A stretch of 64,000 nucleotides of DNA from Cyanophora paradoxa CCMP329 (GCA_004431415.1 QPMI01000675.1:1-64000); one strand, 5' to 3'; positions 23,601 through 41,903 are shown, counted from the stretch's first letter. Notes: generated from the letters alone by a model not told the origin. Made by a program: numbers and translations.

Positions 23601-25737
23601 CCAACAAGAAACGTTCCGATGATGTCGATCTGCTCATAATTCATTTTAGCGCAAAGTTAGGCTGCAAGCGCCCGGGGCCAGCGCTGGAGGATCGGAGGGC
23701 CATAACCGCACGCGCGCACCTCCCTTGCGGAGCGAAGCACACACGCTAATGCAGTGCGGAAGCCCTTCGCGCGCCCGAAGCTCCTGATCTCCTCGTGCGC
23801 CGCCGCATTGTACGCCGCGCCGTCGATTTCTGCGCCAGATCCATGATGCAATCAGCATGCGAATTCAAATTGAAGCTTCTCGGCGCTGGCGAAGCGACCG
23901 CGCGTGGCGGACCCGGGATCCAGTCGTCCCAGCTCTTGATGAGGTGGGCCTGCCCAGGCCGCCTCGCGAAGTACTGCGGAAGCGCGTGACTGGAAGGTCC
24001 CGCACTGATATCGGATCGAACGGCACAGACCGCGAAGCGCGGCTGCACGGCGGGCGGATAGCCGGAGGCGGCGCCGGCCTCGACCTGAGCGCTTCCCCGT
24101 CGCAGAAGTGCCTGGGCGTGTGTCATGAGAGCGGCAACCGTCATGATCAGTGGAGCCTAGGCGACGGACCCGATACTCAGCGGGGGCCTCGAAGTGGAAC
24201 TCCTGTACGCCGCCGTGCATCGGCTCCACCCGCAGAGAGCGCACACTGCGGGCCGAGGCGGGTGAGCGAGGGCAGGGGCCTAGGGCGCGGAGGGCGCGCC
24301 TGACGACGTCGGCCTTGAAGAGGAGGCGCATGCGCCCGACCGTGCTCTTGAGGATCGTCTCCAGCCCCAGGTTCCTGCGCCGGACGTGGGCCGCCGCGGG
24401 GGGCGGCAGCGTGGGGGCGGTGCCGGCGGCGCGCATGCGGATGCCGCGGGCGAGGTCCCGCAGCAGCGCCTCGCTTTCGAGGCGCCGCTCCAGCGCAGAG
24501 GGGCGCCGGCCCCGCGCGCTTTGCGCCGGGATGATCGACTCGCTGCAGCGAGCCCGAGCGCCCGCCTGTGGACTTGGTGGGCCAGCGCCAACTGGAAAAC
24601 ATAAGACAGGGAATGCGTCAGCGTTCCAAATCTGGCCATTGCAAGGAGACAGACGCACCAACAATCGCAGACGCAGAACTTCTTATGCATGCGCAGTGCT
24701 CGGCACGCCCGTTGTCTCCGGATCCGGCAGCGGTGCTCGTACCGGCTGCGGGGCCGGCTGTTGCGACCGGGTCCGGATCGGCAGTGCTCGAGCTCGAGTT
24801 CGCAACGGAGCTCGAGCTCGAGGACGGTCGATGGCCCTCGGCTTCTGCCTCGCTCTCGGTCGCCGCGAGAGCGAGGTACACGCCGACTGGAACGAGTGAC
24901 GGCGTCAGCTGCAAGAAGGCCGCGCGCGGCAGAGCTGGCACGTCGACGCACCGCAGTCCGCGGCTGCCGCGAGAGCAGCTTTGACATCTTCGCTGTGCTC
25001 CTGGCCGTCGCGCGCGTAGTGGAGAGCCAGCAACGCCCGGGTCTGCGCAGGCGGAGCGATTAGCCCGGATCTAGGTCTAAATCTAGAGAAGAACTTTCTC
25101 AAAGCCTTGTCCAAGAGTGCGCACGGATCCGAGGGAGACGCAAGGCGCCCACAGGCACGACCCCGCCGCGTAACGCTCGACGATTTGCTCCACGCGGTCC
25201 GGCGGACAGCCGGCCTGCACGAGGGCCGACGGAATGCGCGAGACTGCGCCCGCGGCGCGCCGCGAGGCGTCGAAAGGCGGCCCAGGCCCCGATCCCATTG
25301 CAGCATGCGCAAGCGCCAGAGAAAGGAGCTCGGGCGAATAAGCTCTGCGCGCGGCTTGTGAGCTCGATATGAAGTGATCGCAGAGAGCTTATGTACATGT
25401 TCACCGAAGTGTTTCACGCACTCTGCATCGCTCGGTCGCGTCAGATCGACGACGTGAGCTTGGTCGGCGCCGAGCTCGTCCCTCAGCTCGTCCAGAAGAG
25501 ACCCTCTGCAGGACAACGATGCGAGTGAGAAGCTCGCCCGCGCACCATGAGGTCTAGGCGCGTTTCGCCTGCTTCACGAAGCCTGCCAACTCCAAAGCAC
25601 CTTCTTCTCGTTTCGCCGTCGCCGAGTAAATCGGGGTCGGCATCCAGCGAGCGGGACAGCCCAAGCGCACGCGCCGCTCGTCGAAACACCGAATGAATCA
25701 CGGGCGATGCCAATGCACGGTCTCCAGGGGCCTGCAT
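17633..25737 (-). CDS. Hybrid sensor histidine kinase: N-terminal unknown region, three tandem GAF-like domains, HisKA, HATPase_c, degenerate receiver-like region and C-terminal receiver
   Basis: GAF-like blocks: EALLRDLARGIR..LGLETILKSTV...FTSEDVELFEAVADQV; KELGIRSSLVRATEWGGQV...GHAIGQDNLLRDL; ATLLRTITAEIRDTLEPHK...ELGVRSCLLRATSFGG|QVNGVVAV...TLFEDVCEAVGIALAQA. H-box AKADFLSVVT|HEMRTPM; DKGRIRQ|VMINLVG|NAAK; DAGPGIS; FTQLDASKSRRYHG|TGLGLFIS; GSTFAF; REC ILLV|EDTPTN...LLSDIM|MPEMDG...ALSAN...|KPV. Stop TGA at 17635-17633. The start codon (MQAP, 25737) is tentative. Confidence 0.85.
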
Positions 25738-25796
25738 CGCGCTCTCGGGCTCATGCGCTCCAAATTTGAATTCCCGTACCCGCGATACAAGCCAAC

Positions 25797-27739
25797 TTGC
25801 AGGCGCCGCGGCCGGCCGCGGCGGAATTCGAAGAGCGCCTGACCTCGCCGTTGATCGCCTCCGTGCTTCGGCGAGCGGCGCGCGCGCTCGAGCTGTCTCC
25901 TGCCCGCGATGCCATCATGATCAGCGGGACGTATATACCCGGCGGCGACGAATTCGAAACAGATATCGATGCGCATGCACGCGGCGCTGAGGGAGGAGCT
26001 CGGCGCCGATCAATTGCATGCGCAGGCTCTCGTCGTCGACGTCGACGTCGATCGATATCTCGCCTGCCAAAGCGATGCAGCGTGCGTGGATCCCTAACGG
26101 CTCGCGCCGGCGCAGGCCCGTCACGGCGACGAAGAACGTCTCGCTGCAGCTCCTCGTGCGCCCCGCCCCGCCGGCCGCCCTCCTGCGCCGCCGCCGGCCG
26201 CGGCTGCAGCTGACGGTGGCCGGCGCCGCCGCGGCCGGCGCAGATGCACGAGGGGACGCCGCGCTTCATCGTCTCCGACAAGGGCCGCATCCGCCAGGGC
26301 GCGCTCGAGCTCGGCCCCTGCGCTCGGCCGCCCCAGCGCCCCGCCTCTTGACCGCCGGCCCCCGCGCAGTCATGATCAACCTCGTGGGGAGTGCGCGCGG
26401 CCGGCCCCGCGCCGCCTGCGCGGCTGCGGCTGACGCGGGCCCGGGGCCGGGCAGACGCTGCGAAGGTCTCCGAAGCGGGCGGCCGCGTCGTCGTCGAGGT
26501 GCTCCGCCCCCGCCGAGCCCCGGTCCCGGCCCGGCCGCCCTCCCGCAGCGCCGGCCCGAGCTCCGCCCCCGCCCGGGGAGCAGGTGGAGGCGGAGGGCTG
26601 CGCGGGCCCCGGCGGCCGCCACCTCTTCCGCATCGCCGCCACCGGCGCGCCGCCCCTCCCCCCGCCCGCCCCCCGCCCGCCCTCGGCCTTCGTTTGAGCG
26701 ACGGGCGTCTGGGCCGCGCGCGCAGACGCGGGGCCGGGCATCAGCGACGAGGACCAGCGTGCGCTGTCCCCCGTGTCCCGTTCGGATTCGCGAGGGCCGA
26801 GCGGCGGGGCGGGCGCAGAGAAGCTCTTCGCGTTCTTCACGCAGCTCGACGCCTCCAAGTCCCGCCGCTACCACGGTGCCCCCGCCCCCGGCCCCCGCTC
26901 GCGCTCGCGGGCCGCGGCGCTGCGGCGACTGGGCGGGGGCGCAGGGACGGGCCTGGGGCTCTTCATCTCGATGAACATCGCGCGGGCCCTCGAGGGCGGC
27001 ATCGCCCTCGTCTCCACCCCGGGCTCCGGTCCCGCCCCCGCCCGCCCTCTCCGCCGCCGCCGGCGCGACGCGGGGCGGGGCAGGCTCCACGTTCGCCTTC
27101 ACGTTCCGCGCGGAGCCGGCGCCCCCGGCCGACGACCTGCGGCCCCTCCCCGTGCCCCCCCGCCCGCCTCCGATCGCCGAGGCCGGGCCGGGCTGAGGCG
27201 GGGCGGGGCGGGGCGGGGCGGGGGCCAGGGTGACGCGGCGCTGCGGGCCGGGCGGTGGTGCTGGCGGTGGACGAGGCGCTGTGGGCGGGGGGCGTCCCCG
27301 CCGACGCCCGGCGCTGGGGCATGCGCGCGCCCCGCGCGAGGACGCTGGCGGAGGCGGAGGAGCTCATCCGCCGCGAGGCGGCCGCCGGGGGCGACATCGC
27401 CGCCGTCCTCTTCTTCATGCCGACCCTCGTCCCCCCGCGGAGGCCCCCGCCGCCGTGCGCCCCGCGCAGGAGGACGGCGACTTTGGCCGAGCGCCGCGGC
27501 AGGTCGCGCGGCTGCGGGCGGCGCTGGACGCGGCGCTCGGCGGGGCGCTGCGCCCTCGCCGCCCCTCGTCCTCCTCCGCTCGAGCATCATCATGGACCCG
27601 TGTGAGGGCGGGCGGGGGCTTGCGGGCTTCGAAGACCGACTTGCGCGGCCGCGCGCAGCGCTGCTTGGCCCGGAGGTCTGCTCGCTGCGGGTGCCCGTCT
27701 CGGAGCGGGCGTTGCACGCGACGCTCATGGAGCACGCGC

Positions 27740-27774
<35 letters not shown>

Positions 27775-28757
27775 AAGCCGTCCACGTCGTCTGCGGCGCC
27801 GACAGCACCGGCAGCGCGCGGTAGCCCCCGCCAGGGGCGCCGCTCGGGCCCCGCCGCGGGCGGCGGGGCATCGCGGCGGATGCGGCGATGTCAGAGGCGC
27901 ACAGGGCCGCCGCGATCGAAGAGACGGGCCCAGGCGAGGCGGAGGGCCCGGGGCCCGCCCCCGCGGAGGCCCCCGCTCCCGCTCCGCCGGCGGCGCCGGC
28001 CGGACCCCGCATTTTTCGGCTCGAATTCGAACGCTCTAGATCTGTTCCGCTGCCGTACGGCTCACGTCGCTCCGCCCGGCGGCGTGTGCCCGGGGCAGAG
28101 GACACGCCGACGAACGCGAAGATCCTCCTCATGCAGCTCGCCAAGCTCGTCCGCCCCGCCCCGCCCCGCCCCTCGCCGCGCTCGCTGCCCTGCTGGTTGC
28201 AAGGGCGGCCGCGGGGCAGGGCCACAGAGGGTGGCGCGGGAGGCGGCGGCCGGCCCCGCCCCCTTCGACGTCCTCCTCTCCGACATCATGAGCGCGCCCC
28301 GCCCCGCCCCGCCCCGCCCCGCCCCGCCCCCGCCGGATCATAAACGCGCCGGCAGTGCCGGTGATGGACGGGCTGGAGTCGCTGCGGCGGATGCGGGCGG
28401 AGCTGCCCGCGCGGCGAGTCCCCTACGCCATCGCCCTCTCCGCCAACGTCGGCGCCCGCGACCGGCGCCAGTGCGCCGAGGCCGGCTACGACGCCTTCCT
28501 CCCGGTCCGCCCCGCCCCGCCCCAGACGCGGCGCCAGCTCCCACCTCTGCCGCCGGGACGCGGCCGCGGGCCGCCCCGACGCCTTTGCCGATGCGCAGAA
28601 GCCCGTGCGGGTGGAGGACCTCGCCCGCGCCCTCGCCCAGGCGGGGGCGGCGGGGGCGGCCCCCGCCGGAGGATCCGGAGCGCCGGCCGCGGGCCCGGGC
28701 GGCCGCGAGCCGCCCCCCACCCTCCGCCCCGCCGCCGCTGGGGAGCGCGAGAAGTGA
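25797..28757 (+). pseudogene. Inverted, internally deleted duplicate of the hybrid histidine kinase (decayed 5' stub, then HATPase_c and receiver; GAFs and HisKA missing)
   Basis: 25797-26060 matches the kinase 5' end (LTSPLIASVLRRAARAL; REELGAD..VVD). 26115-28757 closely mirrors 20380-17633, including introns. The ILLV splice donor is lost near 28011-28020 and VHAGDGLEALRA is deleted near 28230. Confidence 0.8.
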
Positions 28758-29217
28758 CGTAGCTTTCCATATCTGAACTATTTTGGTCTCGCAATAATTG
28801 TACATGAGCTTTCCCTTCCTTGTAGAAAACGTTCTCTAGCTCTGTTGCCCAGGTGCCGCAGTGCCCAGGTGCCCAGCCACAGAAATTTCGCCAGCTTTGT
28901 CGAACTCGGGGCCACTGAACGTTAATTCGTTTGGTCAAAACACTCTACTCTACTTCTGTATACTGATCCTAGCAAGCTGATCCGACGCAGCACGATCTGT
29001 ATAAATGGACACGCGTCAATTGCAATGTTGCTCTCCTCCGCGCCGAGGCGGCTCGTCGGAGTGCCGTAGTATAAACCCAAGGATGAAAAAAAAGAGATAG
29101 TTTGGTTAAAAAGAAAGCTGCTGCTGCTGTTGATGATCTACATATTGCGCGCGACATGATATGAAAATGGGGCCGCCCGGCCGCGGGGCCGCGGGCCAGC
29201 GCCGCCACGGCCTCCGC

Positions 29218-36437
<7,220 letters not shown>

Positions 36438-36672
36438 CCTGCTCAAGCCCCTGTCCCACGCGGCCGCTCTTGTCAACGGAGTGCGCTGGACGAAGGAATG
36501 GGCGATGCTGGCGAGGCGGGAGAACAGCTTGGCTGAGAAGCGCTGAGCGCTTTTGGGGTATAGGTGCCCTAACACTGACGCGCGTCACTTGGTGCCGTGA
36601 GCGAAGCGTACCCCCTAGGACCTTGTTTGGGTACGCTTAGAAAAACGGTAAGTTCGGCGGCGAACGGGATCG
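36438..36672. promoter_or_regulatory. Putative bidirectional promoter region (PNO / putative plastid-targeted gene)
   Basis: About 235 bp of lower-GC sequence between divergent start codons; positional inference only. Confidence 0.4.
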
Positions 36673-38651
36673 ATGGCTTCCGAGGCGTTCGCGGTGGCAG
36701 CTGCAGCTGGCTCGGTACAGCGTCGTTCGGGCCCCCTGCCCCGGCGCTCCGCCGGCGTCAGCCTCCGCGAGGCCGGCGCGAAGAAGCTGGCCCTGGCCCC
36801 TGTCCAGCGGGCGTCTTTCAGCCAGGCCCCTCGCGTCACTTTCAGCGTCAGTGCCCAGGCCGAGCGTCAGGCCGAGCAGGTCGACCTCCGTTTCGAAGTC
36901 GAGGAGAAGATCCCGGCGGTCGATCAATCCAGCCCGGCCCCTCGCCCCTCGACCCCGGCGCTCCGCGCCCTCCCGGCGACTCCGAACCACGCTCCTCATG
37001 AGTATGTCCACGGCGACGTCGAGCGGGCCAAGTACGTCCTGCAGCGCATCGACCTGAAGGCGCGGGAGCTGGACCGGGTAAGTCGGGAGGGCCCTGGGGC
37101 TGGTGCTGGCTGCTATATTCTGAAGCGAAGTTTGAATTTCAGGTCGCCACGCGTCTCGGCCTGTCCGAGGAGTGCAGCGGGCTTCCGCAGGTCGCTGCCA
37201 TGCCGCCGGGCGCGTCGGCCACCCACTTCCTCGTGCGTCATTTCCCGCGCGCCAGCTCTTCTCTCCACTCTTGGAAGCTCCTGCATAGCTGGACAGGGCT
37301 GACTGGAGCTTGATTGGGCAGGTTATGGCCAAGCTCGCGCGGGAGGTCCGGGGCGCCCTGGCGTACTACAGGCTGAGCGCCCAACAGCTCTTCGAGTACG
37401 AGCGCGACCTGGACGTCGCCGTCGAGGCCCACGGACTTCCCGATGACGTCGTCTCGTCGGCGCGGTCCATGCTCGCCAGCATGCAGCGGATCGTCGAGGA
37501 GGGCCGCCGCGGCTGCGAGGCCCACCGCGAGCGAACCATCCGCGCGCTGCGCCAGAAGATTGTCCGCGGCGAGGCGCTGGTCGCGGCCCGCGACGAGGCG
37601 ATCGCCGCCGGCCTCCCGAAGAAGCAGCGCGTCCGCGTCGTGACGGAGGCCCTCGCCCGCGTCGGCACCGGCTCGAAGAAGCCCGACGCGATAGAGGAGG
37701 TGCTGCCGCCGTTCGAGCCGTCGATGCTCGGCATGGCCCGCGGGGCGCTGGAGAAGATCCGCTCGCCGGCCAAGTGCCCGTGGGAGGAGGAGATCCCCGA
37801 GTGCCTCCTCTGGCGCATGTTCAACCAGGAGCAGAGCGATGACTTCCTCGAGCGCGAGACCCTCCACCGCTGGATCCGCCTCGGCCAGGACGTCTGGTCC
37901 GCTTCCCTCTTCCTTGCTCGCCAGCGCTCTCCTCTCACCTTCTCTCTCTTTCGTGCAGGGACGAGCGCCTCTCGCTTTACCCGGCCTTCAAGGAGATGCA
38001 GCAGAAGCGCTTCCGGCAGGTCCGACCCGCTTTCTGCTTCCCGGTTCTCCGGGGCTTCCGGTCTGAGACCCAGCTCAGGTCGTGCCCGTCGCGCCGACCC
38101 TCGCCGCCGTCGCCACCTTCGCCGCGGCCGCCGTCGCCGCCCCGTCCGCCGCCGACGCCATCGCCTGCGTCATGCAGAGCGCCGCCGCCTCCGGCGCCGC
38201 CGCCGCCGTCGCTGGCGCCGCCGCCCTGCCCGCCGCCAACCTCTACAGGTTCCTTTCTTTCCCATCTCTCATCCTCGCATCCCTTCGCTGACGGCCCCGC
38301 GCAGCTTCATGTCCGTCCCGTGGGCGGCCGGGGAGCAGGAGCAGGAGCAGGCCGAGCAGGCCGAGCAGGCGGAGGAGGAGCTGGGTCCGATGAGCTTCCT
38401 CGGGGTGCGCCAGCCCGCCACGCCCGGCGCGCCCCGGCCGCCTCCGGTCTCGAATTGAACCTCTCCCGCAGATCCGCGAGTTCTTCGACAACTACCACCG
38501 CCTCATGCACGACGGGCCGGACGCCGTCCCCGCCGGCCGCCGCCGCGGCCGCGCCCTCATCAACGCCTTCGACGCCATCAAGAACGTCGGCGACGCCCTC
38601 CGCGGGTTCTTCCAGCCCCCAGGCTCCGCTCCGGCCGCCGCCTCTCAGTGA
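36673..38651 (+). CDS. Hypothetical protein with putative plastid transit peptide
   Basis: The N-terminus MASEAFAVAAAAGSVQRRSGPLPRRSAGVSLR...RVTFSVSA is Ala/Ser/Arg-rich and acid-poor with an early Phe. About seven exons splice in frame to a stop TGA at 38649-38651. Mature part not recognised. Confidence 0.6.
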
Positions 38652-38998
38652 GCGCGCTCGAGTGAGCGCCCTCGACGGGGCGTCCGCCGCGACCGCGACC
38701 GCGGCTGCCACCCTTGGCGCGGGGCTGTATAGACGTGCATGCATAATACTTCTGCAGGCGTGCGGGTAGCGCTCTCTAGCTTATCGGTGCTTGATCGATC
38801 CGTTTGAATTTGTGAACTTTCAATGTAGAGTAACTCTGGCCATGGGAAGATTGCAGTTAGTGTAGGCGAGTGTGAGTTCGATGTGCCTGTTCGGTAGAAT
38901 GAAATTTTGATTAAGCGAAGTCTGCGATGAAAGAAACCTGCCGACAAGAAAGAGCTACAGCTAGCTGCTAGGCTGCGTGTGTCTGGATCTGCCCTAGC

Positions 38999-40433
38999 CT
39001 ACTCGGCCTTGCGGATGCGCTGCTTGGCCTCTTTGCTGGAGGCGGAGCGCCCGCCGGCGGTGGACTTGCCGCCCCGGTAGGTCTGCCTGTGGAAGCGGAT
39101 GAAGAGGAGGAGGAAGGAGAAGTTGAGGAAGGCGGAGAGGCCGAGGCCGCGGGCCCCCGCGCACTGCGGCTCGTACTTGAAGGCGTCCACCTGCGCGGGC
39201 CCTCTTCAGTTGAGCGATCCGCATCTCGGCGGAGACGAAGCGAAAGCGGACCACGCCGTCGAGGAAGGCGGTGAAGGGGAGCAGGCTCCGCGGGACGGCG
39301 GAGGCGTCGAAGCGGGCGGCAGGAGCGTGGTGCATGAAGAAGGGGATGAGGAGGAGGAAGGAGGAGACAAACTGGATGATCTGCCCCTGCGTGATGGCCT
39401 GCGGCAACGGGTTCAGAGCCTGCTCCGAAAGAACGGAAGAGAAAGGAGAGAGGGGGCACCTTCTTGAGCGGGCCCGGGACACGGATCTGGAGAGCGGAGA
39501 CCATGTAGTACAGGTACATCCAGACGTGGATGAAGGTGTTGAAGATCATGCCTTGGCTGGTGCCGGAGCTCAGGCATGGCGGACGACGGATTGCTGGGGA
39601 GGGGACGGCCGCCTACGCGGGCACCTCGAGAAGATTATGCCGGACTCGAGCCAGCTCCATACCATGAGAATGACGGACGAGTGGTGGAAGACGTGGAGGA
39701 AGTTGAGCGGCTTCTTCTTAAGGACCATGATGACCGTGTCGAAGAGCTCGTAGAACCTGCCGCTTGTGAGGCCGGCGCGGCGGCGATGGCCGGCAAGACG
39801 CACTTGGAGAGGTAGTAGATGTAGATCCAGTAGAAAATGGGTCCGCGGCCCGCTTCGCTGCCGATGGGCTCGCAGAAGATCGCCGAGACCGAGTTTGCCT
39901 GCGAGTGTGGCGGGGAGGCTCAGCGCCAGCGCGCGCGCGCGAAGCTAGGCCGTAAATATACCGCGCGGGAGGCGCACCTTCGTCGCGCGCTGCACCATCT
40001 CGTACGCCAAGCCCACGAACATGGCCAAACTCCACAAGCAGAGGACCAAGTTGTGCAGAGCGGTGCAGTAGACGAGCCCGAACCTGCGCAAAGCGTCGGA
40101 AACCTTAGCTATAGCGCCGCGAGGGAGCCACAGCCGCGTGGGAGGCGCTGAGAGCGCCGCGAAAGCGCACCCCGTCTTCCGCGTCTTCATCAGGAACTGC
40201 AGGCCGAAGATGGTGACGAAGTACGCAGCCCATGTGAACGGGATGAGGTGCGGGTGCGCCAGCGGCAGGCTAGAGCTCCAGCGGAAGCCGTCGTAGTCGA
40301 CTTTGCCGTCTGCTAACTCGCGCCATGCGCCGAGGCTCGCCTTCGCGTTCTCCCAGCCGCGCTGGAGGTCGAACGATGACACCTGCAGCCGCTGCAGGCC
40401 CTCCTGGATGCTCGCTTCGACGAGGCCCGGCAT
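38999..40433 (-). CDS. ELO/GNS1-SUR4 family fatty acid elongase
   Basis: HNLVLCLWSLAMF, YWIYIYYLSK|FYELFDTVIMVLKKKPLNFLHVFHHS (HxxHH box), FNTFIHVWMYLYY, ITQGQIIQF, LLFIRFHRQTY and a basic C-terminal tail. Confidence 0.95.
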
Positions 40434-40535
40434 CTTTCGTGCGCGGCCAACGGGTACGCGTCCGGATCAAATTCAAAGCGCGAGGTCATCCGGGAGCTTG
40501 CGCACGTCCCGTTGCAGTTGAGCTATCCTCTTGAC

Positions 40536-41749
40536 ATGGAGATCGACGGGCACGCTGTCGGCAGCGTGAAGCACGCGACGCGCCAGCGGCTCCGAGCGAC
40601 CGGCTGCAGGTCATGGCGCCCTGTGTAAACCATTCGCCGTCAATAATAACGCGCCATCGCAGCATCGTCGGCGACGCGAACGTGATTGAGGGAACCGGAA
40701 ACCGAGGTGCGCGTTCTTCGATTCGAATTCCCGGCCCGCTGCGGCCGCGGCTCGCGTGATCGGCAAGGGCAGTCATCGGAGATCGCAATGTCGTCGTCGG
40801 CACGGCGAACAGCAGTGCGCGGCGCATCTCCCGTGCTTCGCCTACTCCCTGAGCCCGCGCATCCGAATTTCGAAGCGCTCGGCTGCGTGCGCCGCTGAAC
40901 TCATCGCGTTCCGCGCACCCGTTGCAGTCGTAGGCTCTCACTGCATCATCGACGGCTGCGGGAATTGTGCGTACGGCGTCGGTAATTCGTTGCGTGCCCC
41001 GCGACCCTGGGATCCGCGCGCCTGGATCACCTCAAGAGCTCACGGCCGGGGCAGGATCGTCGGGGGCGCGGCCAACTTGCTGTACGCGCCTGGGCGGCGC
41101 CCTCTGTCGCCGGAGGGCGGCTGGACGCCGCGGCCGCCGGCGCCGGCCTCACGCCGTGGGCCGCAACCACCCTCGCCCAGGCCTAGGGCCGGCGCCGGCA
41201 ACGGCGCTGGAGTGGATGCGCGGGGCACGGCTCAGCCGCCTCCAGCGAACTCGGCTTTCGCGCCTATGGCTGGCGCGAGCAGCTCGAATTCCAGCTCGTC
41301 GGAGGAGAGGTCAGCGGGCGAGGAGCCGAGTGCCAGTCCCGCCGCGCCGGCCAGGCGCCGGAGCCCCCGCGCGGCGTCCTCCTCGCCGCCGCGCCTCGCC
41401 TCTCCGCCCCGCACTTCCGCCCGCCCGCCTCGCGACCATTCGACTCACGCGCACGCGCCCCGCTGCGCCATCTGCCTGGACGCCGAGCCCGAGGCGTGCC
41501 CTCGCCGCATGCCCGGCGGCCGCGGCTCTGCGCGCACTCTCCGCTCATTTCGAGCTCGCGCGTCTGCAGGTCGCCCTGCTCCCCTGCGGGCACGCGCGCT
41601 TCTGCAGGGGCTGCGCCACCCGCGCCCTCGGGCCGGCCCCCTTCTGGCGCGACCCGCTCCGCCCGCCCCGGGTCCCCGCGGCCGGGGCGGAGCCCGCCTG
41701 CCCCATCTGCTCCCGCGCTGTGACCGTAGCCGTCCGGATCTACCTGTGA
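40536..41749 (+). CDS. C-terminal C3HC4 RING finger protein (probable E3 ligase) with N-terminal GxxNxV/Ix heptad repeats
   Basis: CAICLDAEPE|VALLPCGHARFCRGCA...CPICSRAVTVAVRIYL* (IAP/Mdm2-like terminal RING). Spliced N-terminal exons give IVGDANVIEGTGNR|VIGDRNVVVGTANS|IVGSHCIIDGCGNCAYGVGNS|IVGGAAN. Start is either 40536 or 40613. Confidence 0.8.
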
Positions 41750-41903
41750 CGAAGCAGCCAGCGAAGATTCATACAGCGTCTCCGGATGCGCCCGCGGGCG
41801 GGAGGCAGCGGGGCAGACGCGGTGGATCGAAAAGGAATAGCGCGCTTGAATGCAATGCAGAAGGAGATGGATGCGGGGTACATAGGGGGGTGATGCGCAG
41901 GGG

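Larger units (their letters stand above)
17633..28757. repeat. Large imperfect inverted repeat: arms ~17633-20380 and ~26115-28757, plus inner diverged arms ~25450-25737 and ~25797-26060
   Basis: Long stretches are near-exact reverse complements, e.g. AAGCTCTTCGCGTTCTTCACGCAGCTCGACGCCTCCAAGTCCCGCCGCTACCACGGTGCC at 26821 on + and at ~19640-19700 on -. Confidence 0.9.

Noticed and set aside
20950-24500. Phytochrome or cyanobacteriochrome photoreceptor
   Set aside because: No PAS-GAF-PHY layout, DIP motif or bilin-binding CH/DxCF motif could be seen in the GAF exons.
27742-27772. Long poly-C run (and poly-G near 10126-10143) as a functional element
   Set aside because: Simple homopolymers in a poly-Pro linker or intron, with unreliable length in assemblies.
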